DNA of 12,388 bases, from NCBI GenBank assembly GCA_043818055.1, contig JBDRGF010000074.1, positions 1-12,388 of the forward strand, read 5' to 3'. This stretch comes from Pseudomonadota bacterium. GTDB lineage: Bacteria > UBA10199 > 2-02-FULL-44-16 > JBDRGF01. Both the position numbers and the translations under genes were made by a program. Under the pieces are notes generated by a model. It made no database searches. It saw only the letters and a program-made list of their open reading frames with translations, and was not told where the DNA came from. Positions 1 through 6,636 of this stretch are shown here, in pieces (the first letter of the stretch is position 1; each line of letters begins with the position of its first letter).

Positions 1-696
1 ACGATTGCGAACATTCCTTTCAGGAATATCATTGCGGAGTTTTCGGAACAGCCTTCTTGGACAGGCACCAAGGTGCATACCGTTATTGATGGAAGTAGTT
101 TGGAGATTGAAAGCGGATACTTGTCGGGGACGTATGAGACGCCGGTGAGGGATTTAGGATATGTGTCTACGGTCTATATCGGCATTGAAGCCGTTATAAC
201 CATTGCCACGGGCAGGGCATTCGATGACGATTCGGTGACGAGGTTCAATACCAGCGACACGTTAAGGTTTAGCGGTGAGGAAAGTCCCGGGGCGGCCACG
301 TTCGAGATAAAAATATCAGATGACAACATCACATGGTCCGGCTGGATGGAGTATCAGGCCGGGGATTATAACTGCCGGTATTATCAAATAAGGATGACAT
401 TGACCAGAGAGAATGTGGGCGATGACCTTGAGTGCACGACGTTCGATCATTATGGGGATTTACCCGATGTGGATGAGTATGGAAGCGATACGGTAACCGA
501 CGCAGGAACGGGCAAGGCGGTCGTGTTTACGAAGAATTACCATGAAGAACCGAACGTGCATATCGAGATCACGTCAGGCAGTGGGATTTACGCACAATTC
601 ACAAGCAAGAGCACGACGGGGTTTACGGTGAAATTATATGACGCCTCTGGCGTTGCCCAGACCGGAGATTTAGATTGGCATGGGCATGGAATTTAA
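1..696 (+). CDS. Phage tail protein, C-terminal part (5' truncated by the window edge)
   Basis: Frame +1 is open from base 1 (TIANIPFRNIIAEFSEQPSWTGTKVHTVIDG...), so the GTG at 73 is probably internal. The sequence is Thr/Gly/Asp-rich and beta-rich (SDDNITWSGW, RYYQIRMTL). It ends in a VVFTKNY..PNV...GFTVKLYD...DWHGHG module like those at the end of phage tail-tip and fibre proteins. Confidence 0.7.
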   Translation, partial: TIANIPFRNIIAEFSEQPSWTGTKVHTVIDGSSLEIESGYLSGTYETPVRDLGYVSTVYIGIEAVITIATGRAFDDDSVTRFNTSDTLRFSGEESPGAATFEIKISDDNITWSGWMEYQAGDYNCRYYQIRMTLTRENVGDDLECTTFDHYGDLPDVDEYGSDTVTDAGTGKAVVFTKNYHEEPNVHIEITSGSGIYAQFTSKSTTGFTVKLYDASGVAQTGDLDWHGHGI

Positions 697-707
697 GGAG
701 AGAGAAA

Positions 708-923
708 ATGGCAAGAACTTTAGTGCCTCACAAAGTAGTCATCGAGTTCGAAGACGGAGAGTTCGTAAACGGCGTATTGATCTATAAGATAAACGATAAC
801 GGAGTGATCAGCAGATATAAAAGCGTCGGGATAAAAAATGCGGGTTTTGATAAGGTGAGCCTGAATGGGATACTGCAGAAATTCAATGCGCACGCAAAAC
901 AGGCGGAGGGAATCGATGGATGA
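708..923 (+). CDS. Small phage hypothetical protein, 71 aa (MARTLVPHKVVIEF...)
   Basis: ATG at 708 follows an AAGGAG RBS at the upstream stop, a better start than 675. The stop overlaps the next gene. Confidence 0.7.
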   Translation: MARTLVPHKVVIEFEDGEFVNGVLIYKINDNGVISRYKSVGIKNAGFDKVSLNGILQKFNAHAKQAEGIDG

Positions 924-1194
924 TTTAATTTGCGCCAAGTGCGGGAAGCCGATATCCCAGGATATGGCTTATGTCGTAGTAAAGGGAAGCATTGTCCTGA
1001 GGGAACCTAAAAAGAGGCCTATGGTTTTTACGTGCATAGAGCAGGCATATAACTACGCCCAGAGCTTGGTGGTGCATGACATATGTTGGATTACGATGCT
1101 TAGAGAGCATGGCGTGGAATTATACGATATGAACGAAGTAGCCAAAAAATACAAGAAGGAGACTCAAGATGGCTTGGGACAAAACAAAACCTGA
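916..1194 (+). CDS. Small putative Zn-binding phage protein, 92 aa (MDDLICAKCGKP...HDIC)
   Basis: GGAGG RBS precedes ATG 916. An N-terminal CxxC and a later HxxC could form a zinc site. Overlaps both neighbours. Confidence 0.65.
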   Translation: MDDLICAKCGKPISQDMAYVVVKGSIVLREPKKRPMVFTCIEQAYNYAQSLVVHDICWITMLREHGVELYDMNEVAKKYKKETQDGLGQNKT

Positions 1195-1813
1195 AAACGA
1201 TATGCTTCTGATCAACTTTCCGCCAGCATGCCGAGCGAACTGGGATGCATTGGAATTATTGACGGATGCTAATTTGCAGATAACCAATGCCAAAGTTGCG
1301 GCAGGTGCCGGGATTGTGGATACGAAGCTGGCACAGATTACGACTGCCAGCAAAGTTAGTGGATCGGCGTTGACCGGGCTGGCCAGCGTGCCTTCGGGTG
1401 CAGGGGTTCTGCCGGAGGCAAATTCTCCTAGCAAATTGAAAGCGGACGCAAGCGATACCACGCCTCAATATCTCGATGGATTAATCGATACGGGAGTATT
1501 CCAGGTTTCTGCTGGGGATTTATTACAACTTGCCAACGGCGGGGTCGGAACGGAGAAATTGGTTGGCGGTGCGGCGAGCCCTGGCAACAACAAGGCGTAT
1601 GGGACTAACAGCAGCGGGACAAAGGGTTTTTATGATGTGGTGGATTTAGCGACCAATCAAATATTAACTGGAGAAAAGACTTTCAATAATTTAAAGCTCG
1701 GGGGAAATGCCAATTGCAATCAGAAGCAATTAGTTTCGGCCGTGATAGAAAATAGGACGTCCGATCCAGGCAGTCCGGCCAATGGGCAGATATGGATTAG
1801 GACGGATTTATAG
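1169..1813 (+). CDS. Phage tail-fibre-like / structural protein, 214 aa
   Basis: AAGGAG RBS. Gly/Ala/Thr-rich with ITNAKVA and IVDTKLA-type fibre repeats, and a C-terminal RTSDPGSPANGQIW motif common in tail-fibre proteins. Confidence 0.65.
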   Translation: MAWDKTKPENDMLLINFPPACRANWDALELLTDANLQITNAKVAAGAGIVDTKLAQITTASKVSGSALTGLASVPSGAGVLPEANSPSKLKADASDTTPQYLDGLIDTGVFQVSAGDLLQLANGGVGTEKLVGGAASPGNNKAYGTNSSGTKGFYDVVDLATNQILTGEKTFNNLKLGGNANCNQKQLVSAVIENRTSDPGSPANGQIWIRTDL

Positions 1814-1825
1814 AGGTAAAAGAAT

Positions 1826-2701
1826 ATGCCAGATCCTTCTTGGAATTTAACTGATCAGGATTGCAATGCTTTCGATCTTAATTGGAGCGCAAATACCGTT
1901 GGATCGGCAACATTGATAACGACTACTTATGATGGTAGATCGGTATACAAATATGATTGCCCTCAGCCTGGATCCAGCAATAACGCCTATGCCGTCAATA
2001 GCAGTCTTTCGGCTTGGACCGAATGCACTGCAGAGGTCGTGTTTAGAATAGACGGCACAGATGGCAACCATATAGTTTTTCAATTCTATTTAAGGGACAG
2101 CACGCCTCACGAATACAATGCCAATCTGTATTTCGATACCCAGTGGACAGCTCATCCATATATTTGGATGGCGGCGCCGCTTCTGGGTGTCGATTTACAG
2201 CAATGGATTGATATCGATGAAAATGGGTGGCACACCTTGCGGGTAGTCATCAATAGTTCTCGTAAGATGTGGGTTTGGGTTGATGGCGTATACCTTGGGT
2301 CGATTACACATGATGGCACGGTAGCATCTGGCTATACGGTTAACACCATCGGAGTTCATGCATATGGGCCTCAGAGGACGCCCCCGCCATCGAATAGGGT
2401 GCTTTATATAGATCACATACGAATGTCATCTTCCAAGGTCGAGCCTGATTATCACGGTATTGTTAACGTGCAAGGTTATCCCATAAATACAAGGATGGCT
2501 TCTTTGGGCCCTGGAAATATGGGCGGTTTGACCGATGTCAATCCTGTAGATGTTTTTCGATATCTACGAACGGGGATGCCAAGGGGAGATGTTAGATATG
2601 GCCTTCCGATTGTTTCTACTGGCGATGGTTTGGCGAGTAAGGTCAGGCTATATTCGGGAGGTTCCATAAAAGCTTTACAGAAAATGCCGGTATCATTTTA
2701 A
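1826..2701 (+). CDS. Putative receptor-binding / tail-associated protein with a ConA/LamG-like beta-sandwich, 291 aa
   Basis: GAGG RBS. WHTLRVVINSSRKMWVWVDG and LYIDHIRM resemble concanavalin-A-like lectin strands. Aromatic-rich, and last gene of the tail block. Confidence 0.55.
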   Translation: MPDPSWNLTDQDCNAFDLNWSANTVGSATLITTTYDGRSVYKYDCPQPGSSNNAYAVNSSLSAWTECTAEVVFRIDGTDGNHIVFQFYLRDSTPHEYNANLYFDTQWTAHPYIWMAAPLLGVDLQQWIDIDENGWHTLRVVINSSRKMWVWVDGVYLGSITHDGTVASGYTVNTIGVHAYGPQRTPPPSNRVLYIDHIRMSSSKVEPDYHGIVNVQGYPINTRMASLGPGNMGGLTDVNPVDVFRYLRTGMPRGDVRYGLPIVSTGDGLASKVRLYSGGSIKALQKMPVSF

Positions 2702-2730
2702 CAAGATATTGCTTGAGGTAAATCGAGATC

Positions 2731-2982
2731 ATGACAGAAAAGACCGTACCAGAACGATTGGCAGTTATCGAAACGGAGATTACGAATATCAAAGAGACCT
2801 TGGATGATATCAAAAACAATCACCTGAACTCTATCTACAATAAATTCGACGATATGTGGCAAAAATTTGTTTGCTTCGAAAAGAAGATGACCAGCCGGTT
2901 GCCTTTGTGGGGCACGATGATGATAACCCTTTTGACTTCATTGTGCGTCGGATTGATAGTTTACGGAGTGATGAGGAAATAA
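2731..2982 (+). CDS. Holin-like protein (XhlA-like architecture: coiled coil plus one C-terminal TM helix), 83 aa
   Basis: N-terminal heptad ERLAVIETEITNIKETLDDIK, C-terminal hydrophobic LWGTMMITLLTSLCVGLIVYGVM with a basic end, located right after the tail genes. Confidence 0.5.
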   Translation: MTEKTVPERLAVIETEITNIKETLDDIKNNHLNSIYNKFDDMWQKFVCFEKKMTSRLPLWGTMMITLLTSLCVGLIVYGVMRK

Positions 2983-2998
2983 GAAAAAGAGGTGAGAT

Positions 2999-3493
2999 AT
3001 GCTGAGAAAAATAATCGTGATTTCGACGGTGAGTTTATTGCTGGCCGGGTGCGCGGGGATACCCTTCCCCAAAATTACGACTCCCAAGAAACCAGAAACG
3101 GTTTATAACTGGCGGGAAGAAGTAACTACGAAGCCCAGGGCGATAATAGCCGACGATAAGGCCTATGTAGTTGAGGAAACAAAAAAGACACTACAGGTAG
3201 GGCTGGAGACTACCCATCGCAACTTGACGCTGGGAGAGAAAATCGGCAACTGGTTTTCAGGGTTGAGCCTGCTGGCTATCATTGCTTTGGTTGTGGGATT
3301 GGTTTTGTGCCCGGGCGCCACTTTGGCCTGGCTGGTCAAGCTTCTTTTCAAATGGAAAAAGGCAATGAGAGAGACAGTGGCCGCTATCAAAGAATCCAGG
3401 GCAGTCGAGAATGCGGAATTGCATAATGCCCTGAAAGATAAACAAAGCGTCGAGACCAAAAAGATAGTCGGACAGATAAAGGCGGATCTTTAA
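2999..3493 (+). CDS. Lipoprotein with an internal TM segment (spanin-like lysis protein candidate), 164 aa
   Basis: GAGGTG RBS. Signal peptide MLRKIIVISTVSLLLAG-C with lipobox LAGC, and a second hydrophobic stretch LSLLAIIALVVGLVLCPGATLAWLV. Confidence 0.55.
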   Translation: MLRKIIVISTVSLLLAGCAGIPFPKITTPKKPETVYNWREEVTTKPRAIIADDKAYVVEETKKTLQVGLETTHRNLTLGEKIGNWFSGLSLLAIIALVVGLVLCPGATLAWLVKLLFKWKKAMRETVAAIKESRAVENAELHNALKDKQSVETKKIVGQIKADL

Positions 3494-3600
3494 AAATATT
3501 GCAGAATAAGGTGAATCTTGGAAAGCAAGAAAAGATGAAAGAATGAGTTGCATTCCCTTCTCTTTTACGGTCTACTCCCCCTATAAAGGAGGGGATTTTT

Positions 3601-3867
3601 ATGGTTCGTGAAAACATAACGGCAAAGAAGACGCGGTATATCAGTGTCAGAAACGGCGGCGAAGAGACGTATGTCGAGAATATTCCGGTATCCGGCCGGA
3701 TGAGGGATCACCTGCCAGCCGCAAAACTGCGTCTGCGGGAGATTCAGCGCGTGATGCCTCTTGGCAAATGGTCGATTACGATCGAACAGCAATGGAAGGA
3801 AAACGGCGTTACGCATTTCCAGATGCTCGATGTTGTAACCGGCAAATTGCAGGAGTCGGTGCTGTGA
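3601..3867 (+). CDS. Hypothetical protein, 88 aa
   Basis: Strong AAGGAGG RBS at 3586-3592. The stop overlaps the next start (GTGA). Confidence 0.75.
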   Translation: MVRENITAKKTRYISVRNGGEETYVENIPVSGRMRDHLPAAKLRLREIQRVMPLGKWSITIEQQWKENGVTHFQMLDVVTGKLQESVL

Positions 3868-4034
3868 CGGGCAAATACCAATGGCCAGCTTCGCGATTGG
3901 GCGATAAAGAGATGGCCTTGTTGTTTCGGGAGAAGCAGAAGGCCAAAAGGAGCATCTGCGAGTTGTTGCGCAGAGCTGTCGATATTGCCTATGGTGAGGA
4001 TTCTGGCAAAAAGGAGGATCAAGATGGCGACTAA
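3864..4034 (+). CDS. Small ribbon-helix-helix (CopG/Arc-like) DNA-binding protein candidate, 56 aa
   Basis: AGGAG at 3851-3855 then GTG 3864, a better start than 3768. MTGKYQWPASRLGDKEMALLFREKQKAKRSICELLRRAVDIAY fits strand-helix-helix with an S..EL.R.AV second helix. Confidence 0.5.
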   Translation: MTGKYQWPASRLGDKEMALLFREKQKAKRSICELLRRAVDIAYGEDSGKKEDQDGD

Positions 4035-4332
4035 ACAAAAGCAAAAACGTAAGAAACAAAAGGCTGTAGAAGATAAAAAGGTTTCAACCGTAAATTCTCC
4101 ATCGCCTAAAGAAGGAATTGTTATGCATGCCGGGGCATCGCGTAATGAACTTATGATGACGGCCAAGGAACGCGGGGTTAAAAACTTCCGCGTGCTAAAC
4201 AAGCAGGAGCTGATCGATGTATTGAAGAATATCGGAGATCAGAAAGCCATTAATACGATTGTGACCGGTGCGGTTGCCAGATGGAAATCCGGCTGGGGTA
4301 AGAGAAAGGACAAGAATGAAAGTCAAAGCTGA
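4024..4332 (+). CDS. Basic protein with a Rho_N-like (helix-extension-helix) nucleic-acid-binding motif, 102 aa
   Basis: AAGGAGG RBS before ATG 4024. SRNELMMTAKERGVKNFRVLNKQELID matches the Rho N-terminal pattern EL...AK..G......L.K.ELI. Lys-rich N-terminus. Confidence 0.65.
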   Translation: MATKQKQKRKKQKAVEDKKVSTVNSPSPKEGIVMHAGASRNELMMTAKERGVKNFRVLNKQELIDVLKNIGDQKAINTIVTGAVARWKSGWGKRKDKNESQS

Positions 4333-4630
4333 ACTTGATTTAAAGGTTGAAATGGGCGGCGTGTCGCATGACGGCACTGGATGTCAGGGTTATCTGCCGG
4401 AAGGTACGCGGTATGAGGATATTGTCCGGGTGTTCGGTGGACCCCAGCTTGGCAAATCGCCGGACGGCAAGATCAAGGTTGAGTGGGTTGGTAGGATCAA
4501 CGGCCTTCTTTTTACGATTTATGACTACAAGTCAAAGACTGATCCGGAGCAGAATATCGATTGGCATATTGGTGGGAAGACAAAATTTACAGCGGAATTG
4601 GTGAACTTATTCTTTAAAGCAAAGCAATAA
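4316..4630 (+). CDS. Phage hypothetical protein, 104 aa (GT..QG...Y......FG.P....DGK...EW...TIYD.K...WHIGG pattern)
   Basis: AAAGGA RBS before ATG 4316, a better start than 4268. The pattern resembles small phage proteins of unknown function. Followed by a terminator. Confidence 0.7.
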   Translation: MKVKAELDLKVEMGGVSHDGTGCQGYLPEGTRYEDIVRVFGGPQLGKSPDGKIKVEWVGRINGLLFTIYDYKSKTDPEQNIDWHIGGKTKFTAELVNLFFKAKQ

Positions 4631-4651
4631 CCATCTCTGGATCAATAAATC

Positions 4652-4690
4652 AGAACCTCTGTTTGAAAAATAATCAATCAGAGGTTTTTT
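4652..4690 (+). terminator. Rho-independent terminator
   Basis: Stem AACCTCTGtTTGA / TCAAtCAGAGGTT with one mismatch and a 7-nt loop, running into TTTTTT (4685-4690), about 20 nt after the 4630 stop. Confidence 0.75.
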
Positions 4691-4691
4691 G

Positions 4692-4720
4692 TTGACACTG
4701 TTAGCTAACAGTGCTAACAT
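4692..4720 (+). promoter_or_regulatory. Sigma70-type promoter of the defence operon (probably leaderless)
   Basis: TTGACA (4692-4697), 17-nt spacer, TAACAT (4715-4720) with an extended -10 TG at 4712-4713. The ATG at 4727 sits 7 nt after the -10 box and has no SD. Confidence 0.8.
4696..4713. promoter_or_regulatory. Palindromic operator CACTGTTAG|CTAACAGTG
   Basis: Perfect 18-bp inverted repeat filling the -35/-10 spacer, extendable imperfectly to 4690-4719 (TGTT..AACA), directly upstream of an HTH-containing gene. Confidence 0.75.
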
Positions 4721-4726
4721 ATAGAT

Positions 4727-5986
4727 ATGGCTCAAGAAACTTTGGGGAACAAAATCAGAAAGGAAAGAAAAAAAAGGTCAATTTCTCTAAGAAAGTTGGC
4801 TGAGAATCTTGAAATAGCGCCAGCTTATCTTGTTGATATCGAAAAGGACAGAAGGATACCTTCTCAAGATATCATCCAGAAAATTGCCGACCTTCTTGAT
4901 GTTCCCATCGTTGAACTCCAACAGTTTGGATCTGATATTCCGAAACCAGTCAAAGAATGGCTTGAAGGAAATCCCGTCATTTCAAAAATCTTGAACCTCA
5001 TCAAGAAAACATCAATTCCCGAAAAAACAATTTCTGATTTTGAATCTTTTATTAAAAGTCCCCTAAATAAACAACCAATTCTTGCTATTTATGAATCTGA
5101 ATTACAGGCAATCGGACAAGAAAGCATTTCTTGGGATACAGAAACGGGAGGAGATCTTTTTGGTGTTAGTGGAGAGATGCCGATAATATACTTAGCAACA
5201 AGGTCTGGGCCGAATACCATTCGGAATCATGCTCATTTTCGTTTAGATGTTGAGTACCTAATAAAGTTGAGTATTGATCTTGATAATGATTGGGGACTGA
5301 GATATTTCGGAGATTGGCATTCCCATCATCGCTTAGGGCTTCAGTTCCCTAGCTCGGGAGACCAAAGAAGAATAAATCAAATTGCCAGGAAGAACAATTT
5401 TTTAGAAATGGCCGAGATGATTATTACGTTTTCATCATCGTTTGATTCGGATAAAAAAGTACAAGTAAACCCATACGTTTATTGTGAAGTTGTTTCAGAG
5501 GCACCAGTAGAAGCCGCTTTGATTATTTTAAAAGGATTAAGTCCTGTTCGGGAAGTTCTTCTCAAATCAGGAGGTTTCTCGGAACAACGCTTATTTCAAT
5601 ACTCTTCTTTTTCCATTGATCACATCATCGCGCCAAGAGAGCCTCTCGGAAGATTGCAAAGTGTAGAGGGTCTCCCAATTGACCAAATAACAGGAAAGGT
5701 ATTAAGGCGGGTAATATTGGAACTGGAGAAATTGTCTTGCGGAAAAATTGAAGAACACAAAACTCAATTCGGGCTTGTCTTAGTGGCACCAATAAATGAT
5801 GAAGAATATATTGGTTTTGCTATCGATGGTAAATGGCCGCATCAAATTCTTCAAATCAATTGGATTAATAGAAAAACAGGAAAGACTGAGGAGTTGCCAA
5901 TGCAACTAGATAATGCGACGCTTATAAATTTGCCGCGGTTGAATGAAATTTTCTGCAAAGCAAAAGATTTTAAAATTGCAAAATGA
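4727..5986 (+). CDS. XRE/Cro-C1 HTH fused to a JAB/MPN+ metallo-isopeptidase, plus a C-terminal domain, 419 aa
   Basis: aa ~5-65 LGNKIRKERKKRSISLRKLAENLEIAPAYLVDIEKDRRIPS is an XRE HTH. The JAMM motif is intact: E139 (ETGG), GDWH198-S-H200, PS209-S-G-D212. Confidence 0.85.
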   Translation: MAQETLGNKIRKERKKRSISLRKLAENLEIAPAYLVDIEKDRRIPSQDIIQKIADLLDVPIVELQQFGSDIPKPVKEWLEGNPVISKILNLIKKTSIPEKTISDFESFIKSPLNKQPILAIYESELQAIGQESISWDTETGGDLFGVSGEMPIIYLATRSGPNTIRNHAHFRLDVEYLIKLSIDLDNDWGLRYFGDWHSHHRLGLQFPSSGDQRRINQIARKNNFLEMAEMIITFSSSFDSDKKVQVNPYVYCEVVSEAPVEAALIILKGLSPVREVLLKSGGFSEQRLFQYSSFSIDHIIAPREPLGRLQSVEGLPIDQITGKVLRRVILELEKLSCGKIEEHKTQFGLVLVAPINDEEYIGFAIDGKWPHQILQINWINRKTGKTEELPMQLDNATLINLPRLNEIFCKAKDFKIAK

Positions 5987-6447
5987 CTATGGAAGAACGA
6001 TTAATATTAGAGAATCAGATACTTACCAGAGAGGGATTTTCTCAGTTTCAAATTTACACAGGACAAACTGCCGGAAATTATTATCTGTGGGGTGAGCAAC
6101 GAACGAGCAAGGGTAGTTCTTATAAAATTTGGAGTCCTATACCATCAACATACCCATATTCAAAACCACCTGTTTATGTTTATGACCCCAACCCTCTTTG
6201 GGCATATGGAGGAAACAAAACCGTTAATAGTTTTAGTGATAATGGTACTTCCCATAAAATGCATACATTAACAAATGGGCCGAATGGAGAAGTTCAAATT
6301 TGTCATTGGCATCCAGATCGTTGGCATAGCGGGATTACTCTTAACCGTGTAATGTTGAAGGTCGTTTTATGGCTTGAAGCTTATGAACAGCATCGAGACA
6401 CAGGTAAAGACATTTGTGACTTTGTTAGGACGATGGCGCAAACTTAG
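5983..6447 (+). CDS. Stand-alone E2/UBC-fold ubiquitin-conjugating-like protein, 154 aa
   Basis: UBC hallmarks: N-terminal RL..E helix, IPSTYPYSKPPV, H...NGEVQIC107 (putative catalytic Cys), W....TL..V....VLWL. ATGA overlap with the upstream gene. Confidence 0.8.
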   Translation: MTMEERLILENQILTREGFSQFQIYTGQTAGNYYLWGEQRTSKGSSYKIWSPIPSTYPYSKPPVYVYDPNPLWAYGGNKTVNSFSDNGTSHKMHTLTNGPNGEVQICHWHPDRWHSGITLNRVMLKVVLWLEAYEQHRDTGKDICDFVRTMAQT

Positions 6448-6456
6448 GAGATTTTT

Positions 6457-6636
6457 ATGGCAACTCAAAAAGAAATGATTAGGGAGGCTATGGAATCTAT
6501 AGCAGCCCGTAAACCGGGAAGAACAAAACTCGTTTACGATAAAAGCTCAAGAACGATAGTTGCTGTTTCTTTGACCGACCAAACTGTAAGAGGATTAAAC
6601 ATTTCGGCTGAAGATGCTGACATGTTTTTAAGCTGA
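6457..6636 (+). CDS. Unannotated 59-aa protein MATQKEMIREAMESIAARKPGRTKLVYDKSSRTIVAVSLTDQTVRGLNISAEDADMFLS
   Basis: Not in the ORF track, whose shortest ORFs are 60 aa. AGGAG RBS at 6446-6450, ATG 6457, and its TGA (6634-6636) overlaps the E1 ATG (TGATG). It fills the E2-E1 gap exactly. Confidence 0.85.
   Translation: MATQKEMIREAMESIAARKPGRTKLVYDKSSRTIVAVSLTDQTVRGLNISAEDADMFLS

Noticed and set aside
73..696. GTG start at 73 as given in the ORF track
   Set aside because: The frame is open from base 1 and there is no clear SD, so the gene most likely begins upstream of the window.
720..4377. Minus-strand ORFs over the phage block (e.g. 1120-1461, 3163-3459, 3565-4059, 3744-4202)
   Set aside because: They are antisense shadows of + strand genes that have good RBSs and coupling, and they show no recognisable motifs.
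4347..4604. Alternative-frame + strand ORF of 85 aa
   Set aside because: It is nested in the better-supported 4316-4630 gene.
6457..6636. Calling the 59-aa ORF a classical ubiquitin-like (beta-grasp) protein
   Set aside because: It has no C-terminal Gly or Gly-Gly, starts with a predicted helix and is short, so it is kept only as a candidate modifier.
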